DNA of 64,000 bases from Kofleriaceae bacterium (GTDB lineage: Bacteria > Myxococcota_A > Polyangia > Haliangiales > Haliangiaceae). Location of the stretch: the NCBI GenBank assembly GCA_965215005.1, contig CBDCCZ010000032.1:1-64000 (forward strand), given 5' to 3'. This document shows, piece by piece, positions 11,627-21,526 of this stretch. How positions within the stretch are numbered: the stretch's first letter is position 1; each line of letters begins with the position of its first letter. A program made the position numbers and the translations under genes. The notes below the pieces were generated by a model, which saw nothing but the letters and a program-made list of their open reading frames with translations, searched no databases and had not been told where the DNA came from.

Positions 11627-12367
11627 ATGAGCCCGACGAGCCTCGACGAGCTGTTGTTTCAACAGACCCGCCGCGCTGAAGAGCGCGCTGACCGCATCTT
11701 CGAGGCGGTGATTGGCATCGTCGTGGACAACAAAGACCCCGACAAGCTCGCGCGCGTGAAGGTTCGGTTTCCGTGTTTTGGGGGCCAAGACAGCTCGGCC
11801 TGGGCGTCGCTGGCAGCGCTGGGCGCTGGTGCCGACCGCGGCTGGTTCTTCTTGCCGGAGCTCGATGACGAGGTCTTGGTGATGTTCGCGCATGGCGACA
11901 TCCGCCGACCCATCATTATAGGCGCGCTGTGGAATGGCCAGGATGCTCCGTGCGACAAGAACGATGGCGGGAATGAGCGGCGCACCATCGTCTCGCGCGC
12001 CGGCTCCCGCATCGTCTTCGATGACGCCGAGGGCACTGTGAGCTTGGAAGACGGCGGCGGACACGGAACCATTACCCTCAGCGCCGCGAACCGCATCACC
12101 CTGGCGTCAGCGACCGGCGATGTCTGCATTCAGGCAGCCGCGGGCCCTCTGGAGATCGTCGCGGCCGAGGTGGCGATCGAGGCGCAACAGAATTGTCACC
12201 TCGAGAGCCTCGGCGGCATCAACCTCGGCAGCGACGCTGACCTTACGATCAAAGCCGGCCTCCTGCAGGTGCACGCTCAGACTCTCGACCTCAATCCCGG
12301 CGGCGTCGGCGATCCAGCCGAAGCGACCGCCGCGTGTGCCGCCGTTCCCGATCCCCTCGGCGGCTAA
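11627..12367 (+). CDS. Gp5/baseplate assembly protein V-like spike (C-terminal part of VgrG, eCIS type)
   Basis: The OB-fold signature GIVVDNKDPDKLARVKVRFP...W...GAG..RGWFFLPE..DEVLV.F.HGD...P.IIGALWN is followed by beta-helix-like repeats. Confidence 0.88.
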   Translation: MSPTSLDELLFQQTRRAEERADRIFEAVIGIVVDNKDPDKLARVKVRFPCFGGQDSSAWASLAALGAGADRGWFFLPELDDEVLVMFAHGDIRRPIIIGALWNGQDAPCDKNDGGNERRTIVSRAGSRIVFDDAEGTVSLEDGGGHGTITLSAANRITLASATGDVCIQAAAGPLEIVAAEVAIEAQQNCHLESLGGINLGSDADLTIKAGLLQVHAQTLDLNPGGVGDPAEATAACAAVPDPLGG

Positions 12368-12501
12368 CGATCGACACTCTGACGGCACTCCGATGCATAG
12401 CAAACGGTGCCATGCCCGGTTCGGCGCCTCTGCCACCGATAACGTTGCGAGCGATTCAGCCGCCGCGAGCCGCTGGGCCCGCCGACAGCGAGGGCTACCC
12501 G

Positions 12502-13848
12502 CTACTGCGTCAGCAACCCATTGCCTTCGGGCGTGGTCAGGTTCTTCTTGGGCTCCTGCTCCGGCGGCTCGAGGTTGGGATTTGGATTGGTGCCTGTCCT
12601 CACGTACTCGGTGACCGGCCGGTACTGGATCTTCCACTTGTCCGTCTTCACCAGCTTGCCGCTCTTATAGTAGTGCCGCATGCGCGTGACCTTGTAGCCA
12701 GGGAAGCCGTACTGGTCGATCAGCATCGAGCCGATGGGGATCTTTTTGTCCTCACGGGTGACGGTGTGAAACGGCAGCTCCTGGTCGATTTCTCGTTCGA
12801 AGGCGATCTTGTCGTACGGGCGCTCGGCGCCGAGGATCTCGACCTTGGCTTCACCGCGGGCAACGCGAAAGCTGATCACCACTGGGAATTCGTAGGGGTT
12901 GTGCATGACCATGTCGACCTGCGGATACACCACCGTGGCGTCGAGCCCAGGCGTGACGTACGTGCTCGGGCGCGAGTGCGGCTGCGCGACGTCGATGCCG
13001 AGCCCGGCGAAGAACGCCGCGCCGTGCAGCGTGGTCGAGATCTGACACGTGCCGCCCGCTAGGCCATCGACCATCTCGCCAGCCGTGATGACGTGGGCGA
13101 TCTTGTAGCCTTCCTTTTCGGTACGCGGTCCCACCACGTCATTGAACGAGAATTTCTCGCCGGGCTCCATGATGTATCCGTTGAGCTTCGACGCGGCGAG
13201 CTTGAGGTTGTAATTGCGCTCCTTGTCGGCGACCGCGAACTTGGTCGTGAACGAGCCGAGCACGTGCGAGACATCGTCGATGCCCAGTCCGGCGCGGGTC
13301 ACCAGCGCGGGAATGGTGGTGCCATCGAGCTCAACCTCATCGGCGCCGTCGCGAGCCGCCACGTTGAGAGCGGTGAGCGATTTATAAACATCGAGCGCCC
13401 AGCCGGGGCGCTCATCGACGATGGTCCGCGCTTCGAGATCGATGCGAGCATCGCGCGCCGATTCATCGAAGCGCTCCTTGAGCGCCTCGAGCGCCTCGAT
13501 CGCGGCGTTGCGGTCGACGCGCACCGCAATCGCGCCGCGCCGCGGCCCCACCGCGCTCTGCCCGGGCACCGCCTCGTCGACGCGAACCCCAAGCTCGCTC
13601 CAACGCATCGCCGTCTCACGGCCATGCACCCGCACCGTGACCTCGCGGTCGACGAGCTCGGCAGCCGCCGCTCGAGCGGAGGCGTTGTCGCGCGAGCTTG
13701 GCTCGCTCGCGGAGGCCAGCGCCGGCGGCGAGCCATCCTCGATCAAGTAATAGCCGCCGAGCAACGCGCCCGAGGCAACCATGAGACCGCCCGCCAACCC
13801 AAGGTACACCGAGCCACGGCGAGCATTGTCCGAGCGGGAAGTGACCAT
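12502..13848 (-). CDS. VanW family protein with N-terminal TM and G5-like C-terminus
   Basis: [46 protein letters not shown]; start trimmed to MVTSR. Confidence 0.88.
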   Translation of the reverse strand: MVTSRSDNARRGSVYLGLAGGLMVASGALLGGYYLIEDGSPPALASASEPSSRDNASARAAAAELVDREVTVRVHGRETAMRWSELGVRVDEAVPGQSAVGPRRGAIAVRVDRNAAIEALEALKERFDESARDARIDLEARTIVDERPGWALDVYKSLTALNVAARDGADEVELDGTTIPALVTRAGLGIDDVSHVLGSFTTKFAVADKERNYNLKLAASKLNGYIMEPGEKFSFNDVVGPRTEKEGYKIAHVITAGEMVDGLAGGTCQISTTLHGAAFFAGLGIDVAQPHSRPSTYVTPGLDATVVYPQVDMVMHNPYEFPVVISFRVARGEAKVEILGAERPYDKIAFEREIDQELPFHTVTREDKKIPIGSMLIDQYGFPGYKVTRMRHYYKSGKLVKTDKWKIQYRPVTEYVRTGTNPNPNLEPPEQEPKKNLTTPEGNGLLTQ

Positions 13849-14039
13849 CGTCTGCCACCTTACCATGCGGGTGCTGTTTGGCCGGAGCTGCCGCGACGGG
13901 GCACTCCTCCGGCAGCTCTGGACATCGCACGCGCACCTACGCTGCATCGTCGTCGGCCGTCGGCGGCGACCGGAAAGGCCCGGCGTGGCGATGTGGTCCT
14001 TTGACAGCATGCCGCGCATGCGCCACCTTTTGCGTACCC

Positions 14040-14231
14040 ATGGGCTCACTGATCCAACGGAACAAAGTCATCTCCAAGCGCAAAGGAACCATCGCCGCGG
14101 CCGCCGCCGGCGGCTCGGTCGCTGTGCTCACCTTGATCTCGGGACCACTCGGCGTTCTGGGCCTCGCCGGCGCCGCCTACCTCGGCTACGACTGGTTCCA
14201 CTTTCGCGCCAAGAACGGCATGCGCTTCTAA
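14040..14231 (+). CDS. Small membrane protein (63 aa, two short hydrophobic helices)
   Basis: [63 protein letters not shown]. It has GC3-biased codons and fills the gap before the kinase. Confidence 0.65.
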   Translation: MGSLIQRNKVISKRKGTIAAAAAGGSVAVLTLISGPLGVLGLAGAAYLGYDWFHFRAKNGMRF

Positions 14232-14292
14232 GCGCGCGCGGCGCCGTTTTCACCTACACCTGCCGACCCGCTCGGTCGGGTACCATTCACTC

Positions 14293-16038
14293 GTGGCGGA
14301 TCCTTCACAGCGAGAACCACGCCACGACTCTCGCGGCGAGCTCGCCAATCGCGTGCTCGATGACCGCTATCAGCTGGAAGAATGCATCGGCCGCGGCGGC
14401 ATGGGCGAGGTCTACCGGGCTCGCCACTTGCGCATGGCCGGCCGCGTCGCGGTCAAGATCCTGCGGCCCGACTTAGCCGCCGATTCCACCGCGTCACGCC
14501 GGTTTCTTCGCGAAGCCAAGAGCACCTTTCATCTCGATCATCATCACTGCGTTCGCGTCATCGACTTCGGCGCCACCGACGACGGTTTTCTCTACTTAGT
14601 GATGGAGTACGTCGACGGCCGAACCGTTGGCGCGGAGCTCGAGGTCGATGGCGCGCTGGCGCCGGCGCGCGTGGTGCACATCCTCACGCAGCTGGCGCGC
14701 GCTCTCGCGCACGCTCACGCGCGCGGATTGGTCCACCGCGATCTCAAGCCCGACAACATCATGTTGCTGCACCGCGACGGCGATCCAGACTTCGTCAAAG
14801 TCTTGGATTTCGGCCTCGCAAAGATGGTCGACACCTCGCGCGCGTTCACCGCCACGCTGTCGGTGACCCCGCTCACGGCGCGGGGGGTGGTGTTTGGAAC
14901 TCCGATCTACATGTCGCCCGAGCAGGCGATGGACCAACCGCTCGATGCCCGCAGCGACCTCTACTCGGTAGGCGTCCTCGCCTACGAGATGCTCGTGGGC
15001 CAGCCGCCGTTCGAAGGGTTTGGGTTCATGGACGTCTTGCGCCAGCACGTGCAAGCAGCCCCCACTCCGCCCAGTCAGCGCCGGCCCGGGCTCCCGATTC
15101 CGCCCCAGCTCGAGGCGCTGGTGATGGCGTGCTTGGCCAAAGCTCCCACCCAGCGACCCGCTAACGCCGCTACGCTAGCGGACGCATTGGGCTGTATCGC
15201 TACTAGCGACGAAGCGCTGCCGGTGTCGCGGCTGTCGGCTGCGGCGACGGGCTCTCGGACGCTGGAGTTGGCCACCGAAGCCCTGGTGATGCGCGGCGGC
15301 GCTCGTGAGTCACAAGGACAGCCGCATTCTCGCGGTGGCGTGCTGGTGATGCCGGAAGCCTGCCGCCCGAGCCGGCTCCGGCGCGGGTGGACGATTGCCG
15401 CGGCGGCCGGGCTCACGGTGATCGCCGCGCTGCTCACGGCGCACCTGGCGGGCGAGCCGCGTCATGCGCTCGCGCCGGGGATCGAGCGCGGCGTCGCCGA
15501 CGCGATGCGGTCGCGCTCCGGGAGCCCGAGCGGGCCCTCCGACGGCCGTGACCTCGCCGCGCACGCGGATGCGGTTGCCAGCGACGAGCCAAGTAGCGGC
15601 CCGCTCGGCGCGCGCGCAGCGCCCGGGCCCAGCGCCGCTGCGCCCCCGCCGAAGCAGCCACGCTCGGCACAACAGCCACCGGCAAAGCGCCCCCCGCGGC
15701 AGCAAGCGAGCACGCGACGCGGTAGCCCCGACACTGCACCGGCGGCACCGGCACCCGCGCGACGAGATGACGCTGCTACCGCGCGGGAAACCCGCCGCCG
15801 CGATCACCTGCAGGCGGCGGAAGCGGCGCGCCGGGCCGGCAACACTCTTAAACAAATGGCAGAAGCTGACGGAGCGCTACGGCTAGCGCCCCGTGATAGC
15901 AAGGCCGCTTACCTCCTTGGCGATGCATTGATAACCAGCGGCGACAGCGGCACCGGATGCAGCTATCTGGCGCGCGCCCAGGAGTTGCCGCAGGCGCGAG
16001 CGCGCTGGCAAGCCTCCGGGTGTAGGAGCGGCAATTGA
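14293..16038 (+). CDS. Membrane Ser/Thr protein kinase with TPR-like C-terminus
   Basis: GRGGMGEV, VAVK, HRDLKPDN, DFG, GTPIYMSPEQ and DLYS motifs; TM helix at about aa 367-387; Pro/Ala linker. Confidence 0.95.
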   Translation: MADPSQREPRHDSRGELANRVLDDRYQLEECIGRGGMGEVYRARHLRMAGRVAVKILRPDLAADSTASRRFLREAKSTFHLDHHHCVRVIDFGATDDGFLYLVMEYVDGRTVGAELEVDGALAPARVVHILTQLARALAHAHARGLVHRDLKPDNIMLLHRDGDPDFVKVLDFGLAKMVDTSRAFTATLSVTPLTARGVVFGTPIYMSPEQAMDQPLDARSDLYSVGVLAYEMLVGQPPFEGFGFMDVLRQHVQAAPTPPSQRRPGLPIPPQLEALVMACLAKAPTQRPANAATLADALGCIATSDEALPVSRLSAAATGSRTLELATEALVMRGGARESQGQPHSRGGVLVMPEACRPSRLRRGWTIAAAAGLTVIAALLTAHLAGEPRHALAPGIERGVADAMRSRSGSPSGPSDGRDLAAHADAVASDEPSSGPLGARAAPGPSAAAPPPKQPRSAQQPPAKRPPRQQASTRRGSPDTAPAAPAPARRDDAATARETRRRDHLQAAEAARRAGNTLKQMAEADGALRLAPRDSKAAYLLGDALITSGDSGTGCSYLARAQELPQARARWQASGCRSGN

Positions 16039-16143
16039 CCAGGCTCCAAGCCGCCTCGTACACTGCGGAAACCATGGATGTTGCCGGTCGTGCCGCGAGC
16101 CCGAACCGCGGGCGCGTCGCGGCGACCTGGACGGCGAGGCGCA

Positions 16144-17898
16144 ATGACAGCTGACGCAGAGATCGCAGGCGCGCGGCAGCCAGCCCCCGGCGGGGCGGCG
16201 CTGCCCCCGGGCACCCTGATTGGCGGCCAGTACGCCCTCGGAGGGGAGGTTCATCGCGGACTCTTGGCCGCCGTTCATGAGGGAACCCACGCCGCCACCA
16301 GCGAGCCCGTATCCATCCACCTCGTGCACGCCGCGTTGACCACCGAGGCCGTCGCGGCGGTGGTCTTACGCGCCTGCAGCGCCGCTGGGGCGCTCGAGCA
16401 CAAAAACCTCGTGCGCGTGCTGACCGCCGGCCACGACGCCGGACATCTCTACGTCGTCACCGAGCTCCTCGACGGCAGTCCGCTGCGACGTCTGCTGGCG
16501 CGCAAGCGCGAGACCGGCGGCTGCGGCTTTGGTGCTCGCGGCACCAGCAACATCATCGCTGGGGTATGCGCCGCCCTCGAAGCCGCGCATCCGACGCTCG
16601 CCCACGGCGCGGTTCATCCCGACGCGGTCTTCGTCAACCCTGCTGGTCGCGTCAAGCTCGCCGACTTCGGCTTGGGAGCCGCGTTGCCCGCGGCGGTCGC
16701 GGCAGGCGTCTATGAGCGGCCGATAGGTCTTGCTCCCGAGGATGCGCAAAGCGGTCGCCCCAGCGTCGGCGGGGACATCTACAGCCTTGCGGCGCTGGTT
16801 TACGAAGCGCTTGTGGGGGTGCCGCTGGTCAAGGGAGGCCGCCGTCCGAGCGAAGCGGGGGTTGGCGTCGGCGCCGCGGTGGACCAACTCATCGCTCGCT
16901 GCGCCGGCGCTGCTGCGACGCGGCCATCGTCAGCGCAGGAGGTTCATCGCGTCCTGCAGGCGGCGTTGGCCGAGCCAGCCACCGCCCCGCGACCCGCGCC
17001 AGGGCCGGCGGCTCCAAGTTTGGCGCAAAGTCTGGCCGGCGGCAGCGGCGCGGTCGGCCGCACCCAAGGCTCCGGCGCCTTCGCCTTGGAACAGGCGGCG
17101 CGCGCCGATAACGAAGAGAAGTGGCTGGTTTCGAAGGGACGGCTGGATTATGGGCCGTTTCGCTTCGCCGAGCTGGTCGCGCAGATCGAGCGCGACGAAA
17201 TCGTCCCAGGCAACATCATCGTCGACAATCAAACCGGCGAGCGCTGCGCCGTCGATGCGCATCCCCTGCTCGCCCCGCTCGTCGATCGGGCGCGGCAAGT
17301 GCGTGACGACCGCCGCCGGGCGCAAGCCGAAGAGTCGGTGGTCAAGCAGGAGAAGAAGCGCGGCTTTGCGCTCTACGGCGTGCTTGCCGCCGGCGTCGCG
17401 GTGCTGGCGGTCATCGTCTTCTTGGTCGTCTCGAAGGCGCAGTCCGACGATGACGGCGGCGTCTCAGAAGGCTTAGCGTCAGTGGGCCAAGGCAAGCTTG
17501 CGGTGAAAATCAGCGAGCCCAAGACTCCCGCAGCCGAGCCGCGGGCCAGCAAAGACACGCGCCGCCGCCGGGGCAACCGCGGCAGCGGCAGCGGCAGCGA
17601 CATGATGGCACTGGATATGTCCGACGACGTCGGCAGTGAGACCCTTGCCAACAGCACCATCAACAACGTGATCCAGCGGCACGGCGGCGCTCTCGGGGGC
17701 TGCCTCTCCTCCACCGGCTCTCGCTATGCCGATATCCAGCTGATCATCGCGGGACCGACCGGACGAGTGAATTTCGTCCGGGTCAACGGCAAAGATAGCG
17801 GCGGCCTGTATTCGTGCATCAATCGGGTGCTGCGCGGCATGAAGTTTCCCACCGTCGATGGCCCGCGCACCCGCGCGCAGTTCGACATGTCGCTGTAG
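16144..17898 (+). CDS. Pseudokinase with GYF-like domain, TM helix and AgmX/PglI-like C-terminal domain
   Basis: Kinase fold remnants (HKNLVRV, YVVTELLDG, KLADFG, LAPE, DIYSL) with degenerate catalytic motifs, followed by WLVSKGRLDYGPF, a TM helix and C...C...MKFP. Confidence 0.78.
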   Translation: MTADAEIAGARQPAPGGAALPPGTLIGGQYALGGEVHRGLLAAVHEGTHAATSEPVSIHLVHAALTTEAVAAVVLRACSAAGALEHKNLVRVLTAGHDAGHLYVVTELLDGSPLRRLLARKRETGGCGFGARGTSNIIAGVCAALEAAHPTLAHGAVHPDAVFVNPAGRVKLADFGLGAALPAAVAAGVYERPIGLAPEDAQSGRPSVGGDIYSLAALVYEALVGVPLVKGGRRPSEAGVGVGAAVDQLIARCAGAAATRPSSAQEVHRVLQAALAEPATAPRPAPGPAAPSLAQSLAGGSGAVGRTQGSGAFALEQAARADNEEKWLVSKGRLDYGPFRFAELVAQIERDEIVPGNIIVDNQTGERCAVDAHPLLAPLVDRARQVRDDRRRAQAEESVVKQEKKRGFALYGVLAAGVAVLAVIVFLVVSKAQSDDDGGVSEGLASVGQGKLAVKISEPKTPAAEPRASKDTRRRRGNRGSGSGSDMMALDMSDDVGSETLANSTINNVIQRHGGALGGCLSSTGSRYADIQLIIAGPTGRVNFVRVNGKDSGGLYSCINRVLRGMKFPTVDGPRTRAQFDMSL

Positions 17899-17906
17899 AG
17901 AAGCCC

Positions 17907-20498
17907 ATGGCGCGACGACACACCCAGAGCGGCCGTAAAATTCCTTCGGTGATTCACCCGCGGCCGCGCGTGGGACCGATCACCACGGTGCTCATCAGCG
18001 TGGGCTTTGCGCTGCTCGCGACGCCCATCGTCATGGCCGATGCGTGGCTTGGCGCCGGTGCTGAGCCGAGCGCGTTGGTCGCGGGCCAGCCCTCGCCGGT
18101 CACCGTGCGGGTGGCGCAGTTTTCCTCCGCGGACCGACGCGTGCTCGGCGTCGAAGGAGGGCCAATCGTTGCCCATCGCGGCGAGATTCTCGATGCCGGC
18201 GCCGCGGCGCGAGCACGAGCGGCGCTGGCGCTGCAACCGAGCGGTCCAGCGGCGTGGTTGGCGTTCTTTGCCGGCTTATTGCTGGTCGGCCTTCTCTATA
18301 CGAGCAGCGCGCGCCGCACCCACAAAGGCAGGCTGGTGCGCGCGCAGGTGGCAACCCTGGCAGCGCTGCTTCTGGTCGCGCTCATCGTCAAGCTGCTGCT
18401 GCTGTTCACCAGTCTTTCGCCGCTGGTGATTCCGGTGGCGGCGTTGGCCATTCTCGTGACTCTCACCGTGGACTTATCGGTGGGCTTGGCGACCGGGCTG
18501 GTGGCCGCGGTGCTGATGGGTCTGCTGGTGCCGTTCGACCTCGGAGTCATCGCGGTGCTGGGCATTCAAGCCGCGGCAACCGTGCTGATCCTCGGCGACG
18601 ACCAGCGTCGCCGCAACCGCCACGTGCTGCTCGCGGGCGTCTTTGGCGGGGTCATGGCGGCGGCCGCGTATGCGGTGTTCACCAACCTCTCCGGGCTGCG
18701 CGCGCCGCTCACCGAGCTGCGGACCCCGCTCAGCTCCCCGGGGCTCGCGGCCGCGCTGGGCGGGCTGCTATCGGCGGCGCTGGCAGTGGCGGCGCGGCCG
18801 CTCTATCAGTTCGCGCTCGGCGAGATCACCAAGAACAAGCTCGTCGAGCTCGAAGATCTCTCGAACCCGATGCTCCGACAGATCGCCGAGAAGTCGCCGG
18901 GAACCTGGCAGCACAGCCTAGCGATGGCCAACATGGCCGAGATCGCGACGAATGCGGTTGGTGGCAACGGTCGGCTGGTGCGGGTCGGCGCCTACTACCA
19001 CGATCTCGGCAAGTCGCTGCAGCCGAAGTACTTCATCGAGAATCTCGAGCCGGGCGAGTCGAGTCCACACGACCGACTGGCGCCGGAGGTTTCGTGCGAC
19101 GCGATCTTCGCGCACGTCACCGAGGGCATCGCCCACGCCCGTAAGCAAGGGCTCCCTGAGCGCATCATCGACTTCATGCACATGCATCACGGCGATGGCT
19201 TGCTCGAATATTTTTGGAGCAAGTGCCGCGAGCAGGGCAATCCCAAGAGCCTCAGCGAGGAAGATTTTCGCTATCCGGGATTGCGACCGCAGAGCCGCGA
19301 AACTGCCATCCTGGCGATCGTCGATGCCGTCGAGGCGGCCTCGCGCACGCTCAAGAATCCCGATGAGCGGGCCATCGGCAACCTCGTACAGCGCATCGTG
19401 TACGGCAAGCTGCACCTTGGCCAGCTCGACGAATCGGGGCTGAGCATGGCCGACCTGCGGCGCATCTCCAACTCGCTGCGCGAGACCATCAAGCACGCGC
19501 ACCACGGCCGCATCGAATATCCATGGCAGCGCGAAGCGCGCGAGGAAGAGAAGCGAGCGGCTCAGACCGCCGCGGCCACGGTTGCCGACCGCCCGGCGGC
19601 GCCGGAGCCCGCGAGCTCGCCGGGGCGGCTCGTGACCCAGCAGCTCATCGCCGAGCCGCGACTGGACTCGCTGGATGTCCCACGACCGTACTGGCGCGCC
19701 CGCACCCGCGCTGGCACCACCCGGGAGCCAGCCGGGGTCGTCGGCTCGGAATCCGGCTCGCTGCGCAGCGGCCTCGCCACCACCGGGGTGGCCGATACGC
19801 AAAACGCGCCGCTTCCGAGTGCCAGCGAGGCGAGCTCGAGCAGTGGGTCCACCGACGGCGCTGGCGCCGCGACGGGCGCGGGTCCGGGGACGGCCGATGC
19901 CGCCGGCGAGATGGGCACCGGTCCCACGGCGGCGGTGCCGCGACGTCGTGCTCCGACCTTGCCGGGTGCGGGAGCGACGACCACAGGACGTATGCGGGCG
20001 CCAACGAGCAGCGCCATCGAAGCCTCCCAGGCCGGTTCCGCGGGAGCAACGCCCCGCGTGGTCGCCCCCCGCGAGCTCGCCAGTGCTGCCCCGGCACCGG
20101 ACCCCTACGGCGAGGAAGGCCCCACCGCCCAGGCGCCCATCACCTATCCCGCCAGCCACAGCGAGCGCCTGCGCGTCCCCCAGGTGCCGCCCACCGGATA
20201 CGGCGACGAGGGCGGAACCGTGCAAGTTGCCTATCCAGCCACGGCGTCGGGCCCCATCACCATCGCCGCGGCCGAAACCAGCGAGTCGCCGCCGCCCGCA
20301 GCGAGCCAGTCAACCGATGAGCTTGCGCCCGGTGTACTGGTCATCGGGCCGCCGCCCGCCACCCGCCCCCGCACCGTCACCGGCGCGGAGGAGCCTGGCG
20401 CTAGCGCGGCTGCCGCTTCCCGCGATCGGCCGGCGCACAAGCCGGCGTCGCCGGTGGCTTCGATGATGCCACCGCGGGCCTCGAGCAAACGCGACTGA
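17907..20498 (+). CDS. 7TM-HD (HDIG) phosphodiesterase, PgpH-like, with long low-complexity tail
   Basis: About 7 TM helices, PGTWQHSL, YYHDLGK, YFIEN, HVTEG, MHHGD, FRYPG.RP and DAVEAASR. Confidence 0.88.
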   Translation: MARRHTQSGRKIPSVIHPRPRVGPITTVLISVGFALLATPIVMADAWLGAGAEPSALVAGQPSPVTVRVAQFSSADRRVLGVEGGPIVAHRGEILDAGAAARARAALALQPSGPAAWLAFFAGLLLVGLLYTSSARRTHKGRLVRAQVATLAALLLVALIVKLLLLFTSLSPLVIPVAALAILVTLTVDLSVGLATGLVAAVLMGLLVPFDLGVIAVLGIQAAATVLILGDDQRRRNRHVLLAGVFGGVMAAAAYAVFTNLSGLRAPLTELRTPLSSPGLAAALGGLLSAALAVAARPLYQFALGEITKNKLVELEDLSNPMLRQIAEKSPGTWQHSLAMANMAEIATNAVGGNGRLVRVGAYYHDLGKSLQPKYFIENLEPGESSPHDRLAPEVSCDAIFAHVTEGIAHARKQGLPERIIDFMHMHHGDGLLEYFWSKCREQGNPKSLSEEDFRYPGLRPQSRETAILAIVDAVEAASRTLKNPDERAIGNLVQRIVYGKLHLGQLDESGLSMADLRRISNSLRETIKHAHHGRIEYPWQREAREEEKRAAQTAAATVADRPAAPEPASSPGRLVTQQLIAEPRLDSLDVPRPYWRARTRAGTTREPAGVVGSESGSLRSGLATTGVADTQNAPLPSASEASSSSGSTDGAGAATGAGPGTADAAGEMGTGPTAAVPRRRAPTLPGAGATTTGRMRAPTSSAIEASQAGSAGATPRVVAPRELASAAPAPDPYGEEGPTAQAPITYPASHSERLRVPQVPPTGYGDEGGTVQVAYPATASGPITIAAAETSESPPPAASQSTDELAPGVLVIGPPPATRPRTVTGAEEPGASAAAASRDRPAHKPASPVASMMPPRASSKRD

Positions 20499-20571
20499 CC
20501 ACGGCGCGAGGCGTCGATCGCTCGAGGCAACTTCGTAGTGAAGGACGCCGCATCGGCGCCGCGCCACGGCC

Positions 20572-20841
20572 CTACGGATCGTATCCAGCGCCGCTGTCAC
20601 TGCGCGAAAAGCGCAGCGCCCGCAAATCCTCATAGGCCAGGGCGTACCGTTCTTTGCGAGTAACCGCGACCACCAGCTCCGTGCCGAGCTCGATGCGCAG
20701 CACCTTCCCAATGATGAGCGGCTCTGCTCCCAGCGAGGCAAATAACGTCGCTTCGCTGTCGCTCGGCAATTGAATCGAGTCGCCTTCCTTGCGACCACCA
20801 CCGTGTTCCACCAGGATTTCGGCCAGCACTTTGTTCGTCAT
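20572..20841 (-). CDS. Hypothetical protein (89 aa)
   Basis: Clean ATG ORF with a globular, natural-looking composition that fills the gap between convergent and divergent genes. Confidence 0.7.
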   Translation of the reverse strand: MTNKVLAEILVEHGGGRKEGDSIQLPSDSEATLFASLGAEPLIIGKVLRIELGTELVVAVTRKERYALAYEDLRALRFSRSDSGAGYDP

Positions 20842-20887
20842 GACCTGCCGATTCTATGCCGCGAGGGCGCTGCGATCTATCTGCCGT

Positions 20888-21448
20888 TTGGCGAGGTTGT
20901 CGCTGCTCGCCGCCATGGTGGCTTGCGGCGCGCCGCAGAGCGTGGGTCCGTCGGCAGCCACGGTGGCATCAATCGAGCGCGCCGAGGCCGCACAGGCGGC
21001 GCGCCAATACCAGCGCGCTCGCGCCTACTATCAGCAGGCGGAGGAGCACGCACCGGATGGCCGCAGCCGGGCCTTTGCAGCCGCGGAGCACGGGCGCGCC
21101 CTCGCCTTTTGGGGCGAGCACGCCGCCGCTGCCACCGCCCTCGAACGCGCCGCCGCCGCCGATCCCACCGATGCCAGTGTGTGGCACGACCTCGGAATCA
21201 TTCGCCACCAACGTGGCGATGTCGATGGCGCGATACGCGCGCTCCACCGCGCCATCGCATTGGCGCCCAAGGAGCCGCGCCCACGCATCGCCTTGGCCGC
21301 CCTGCTATGGCGGCATCAGCACCTGCGCGCGGCTCTCGCTCAGTACCGCGCGCTTCGCCACCTGCCCTTGCCCGAGCGGCTGCGGGTGTCGGTCGACTGG
21401 GCGATTGCGCGGCTTACCGGCCCGCAGGCGCCCGCGGCCGATCGCTGA
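20888..21448 (+). CDS. TPR-repeat lipoprotein
   Basis: Lipobox-like LLAAMVAC and TPR motif VWHDLGII..QRGD..GAI.AL.RAIALAP. Start uncertain (20840 or 20888). Confidence 0.75.
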   Translation: MARLSLLAAMVACGAPQSVGPSAATVASIERAEAAQAARQYQRARAYYQQAEEHAPDGRSRAFAAAEHGRALAFWGEHAAAATALERAAAADPTDASVWHDLGIIRHQRGDVDGAIRALHRAIALAPKEPRPRIALAALLWRHQHLRAALAQYRALRHLPLPERLRVSVDWAIARLTGPQAPAADR

Positions 21449-21526
21449 GCGCCGGCTGCGCGCCCCCGATCGCTCGCAGCGCCCGCGGCTCGGCAGTCGC
21501 GACGTGCCCCCGCTATACTCGCGGTC

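Noticed and set aside
11627..12367. Prophage
   Set aside because: There is only one tail-related gene and no capsid, terminase, integrase or lysis genes.
20839..20842. Head-to-head genes sharing a CATG start
   Set aside because: The lipoprotein more plausibly starts at TTG 20888, which gives a normal-length signal peptide.
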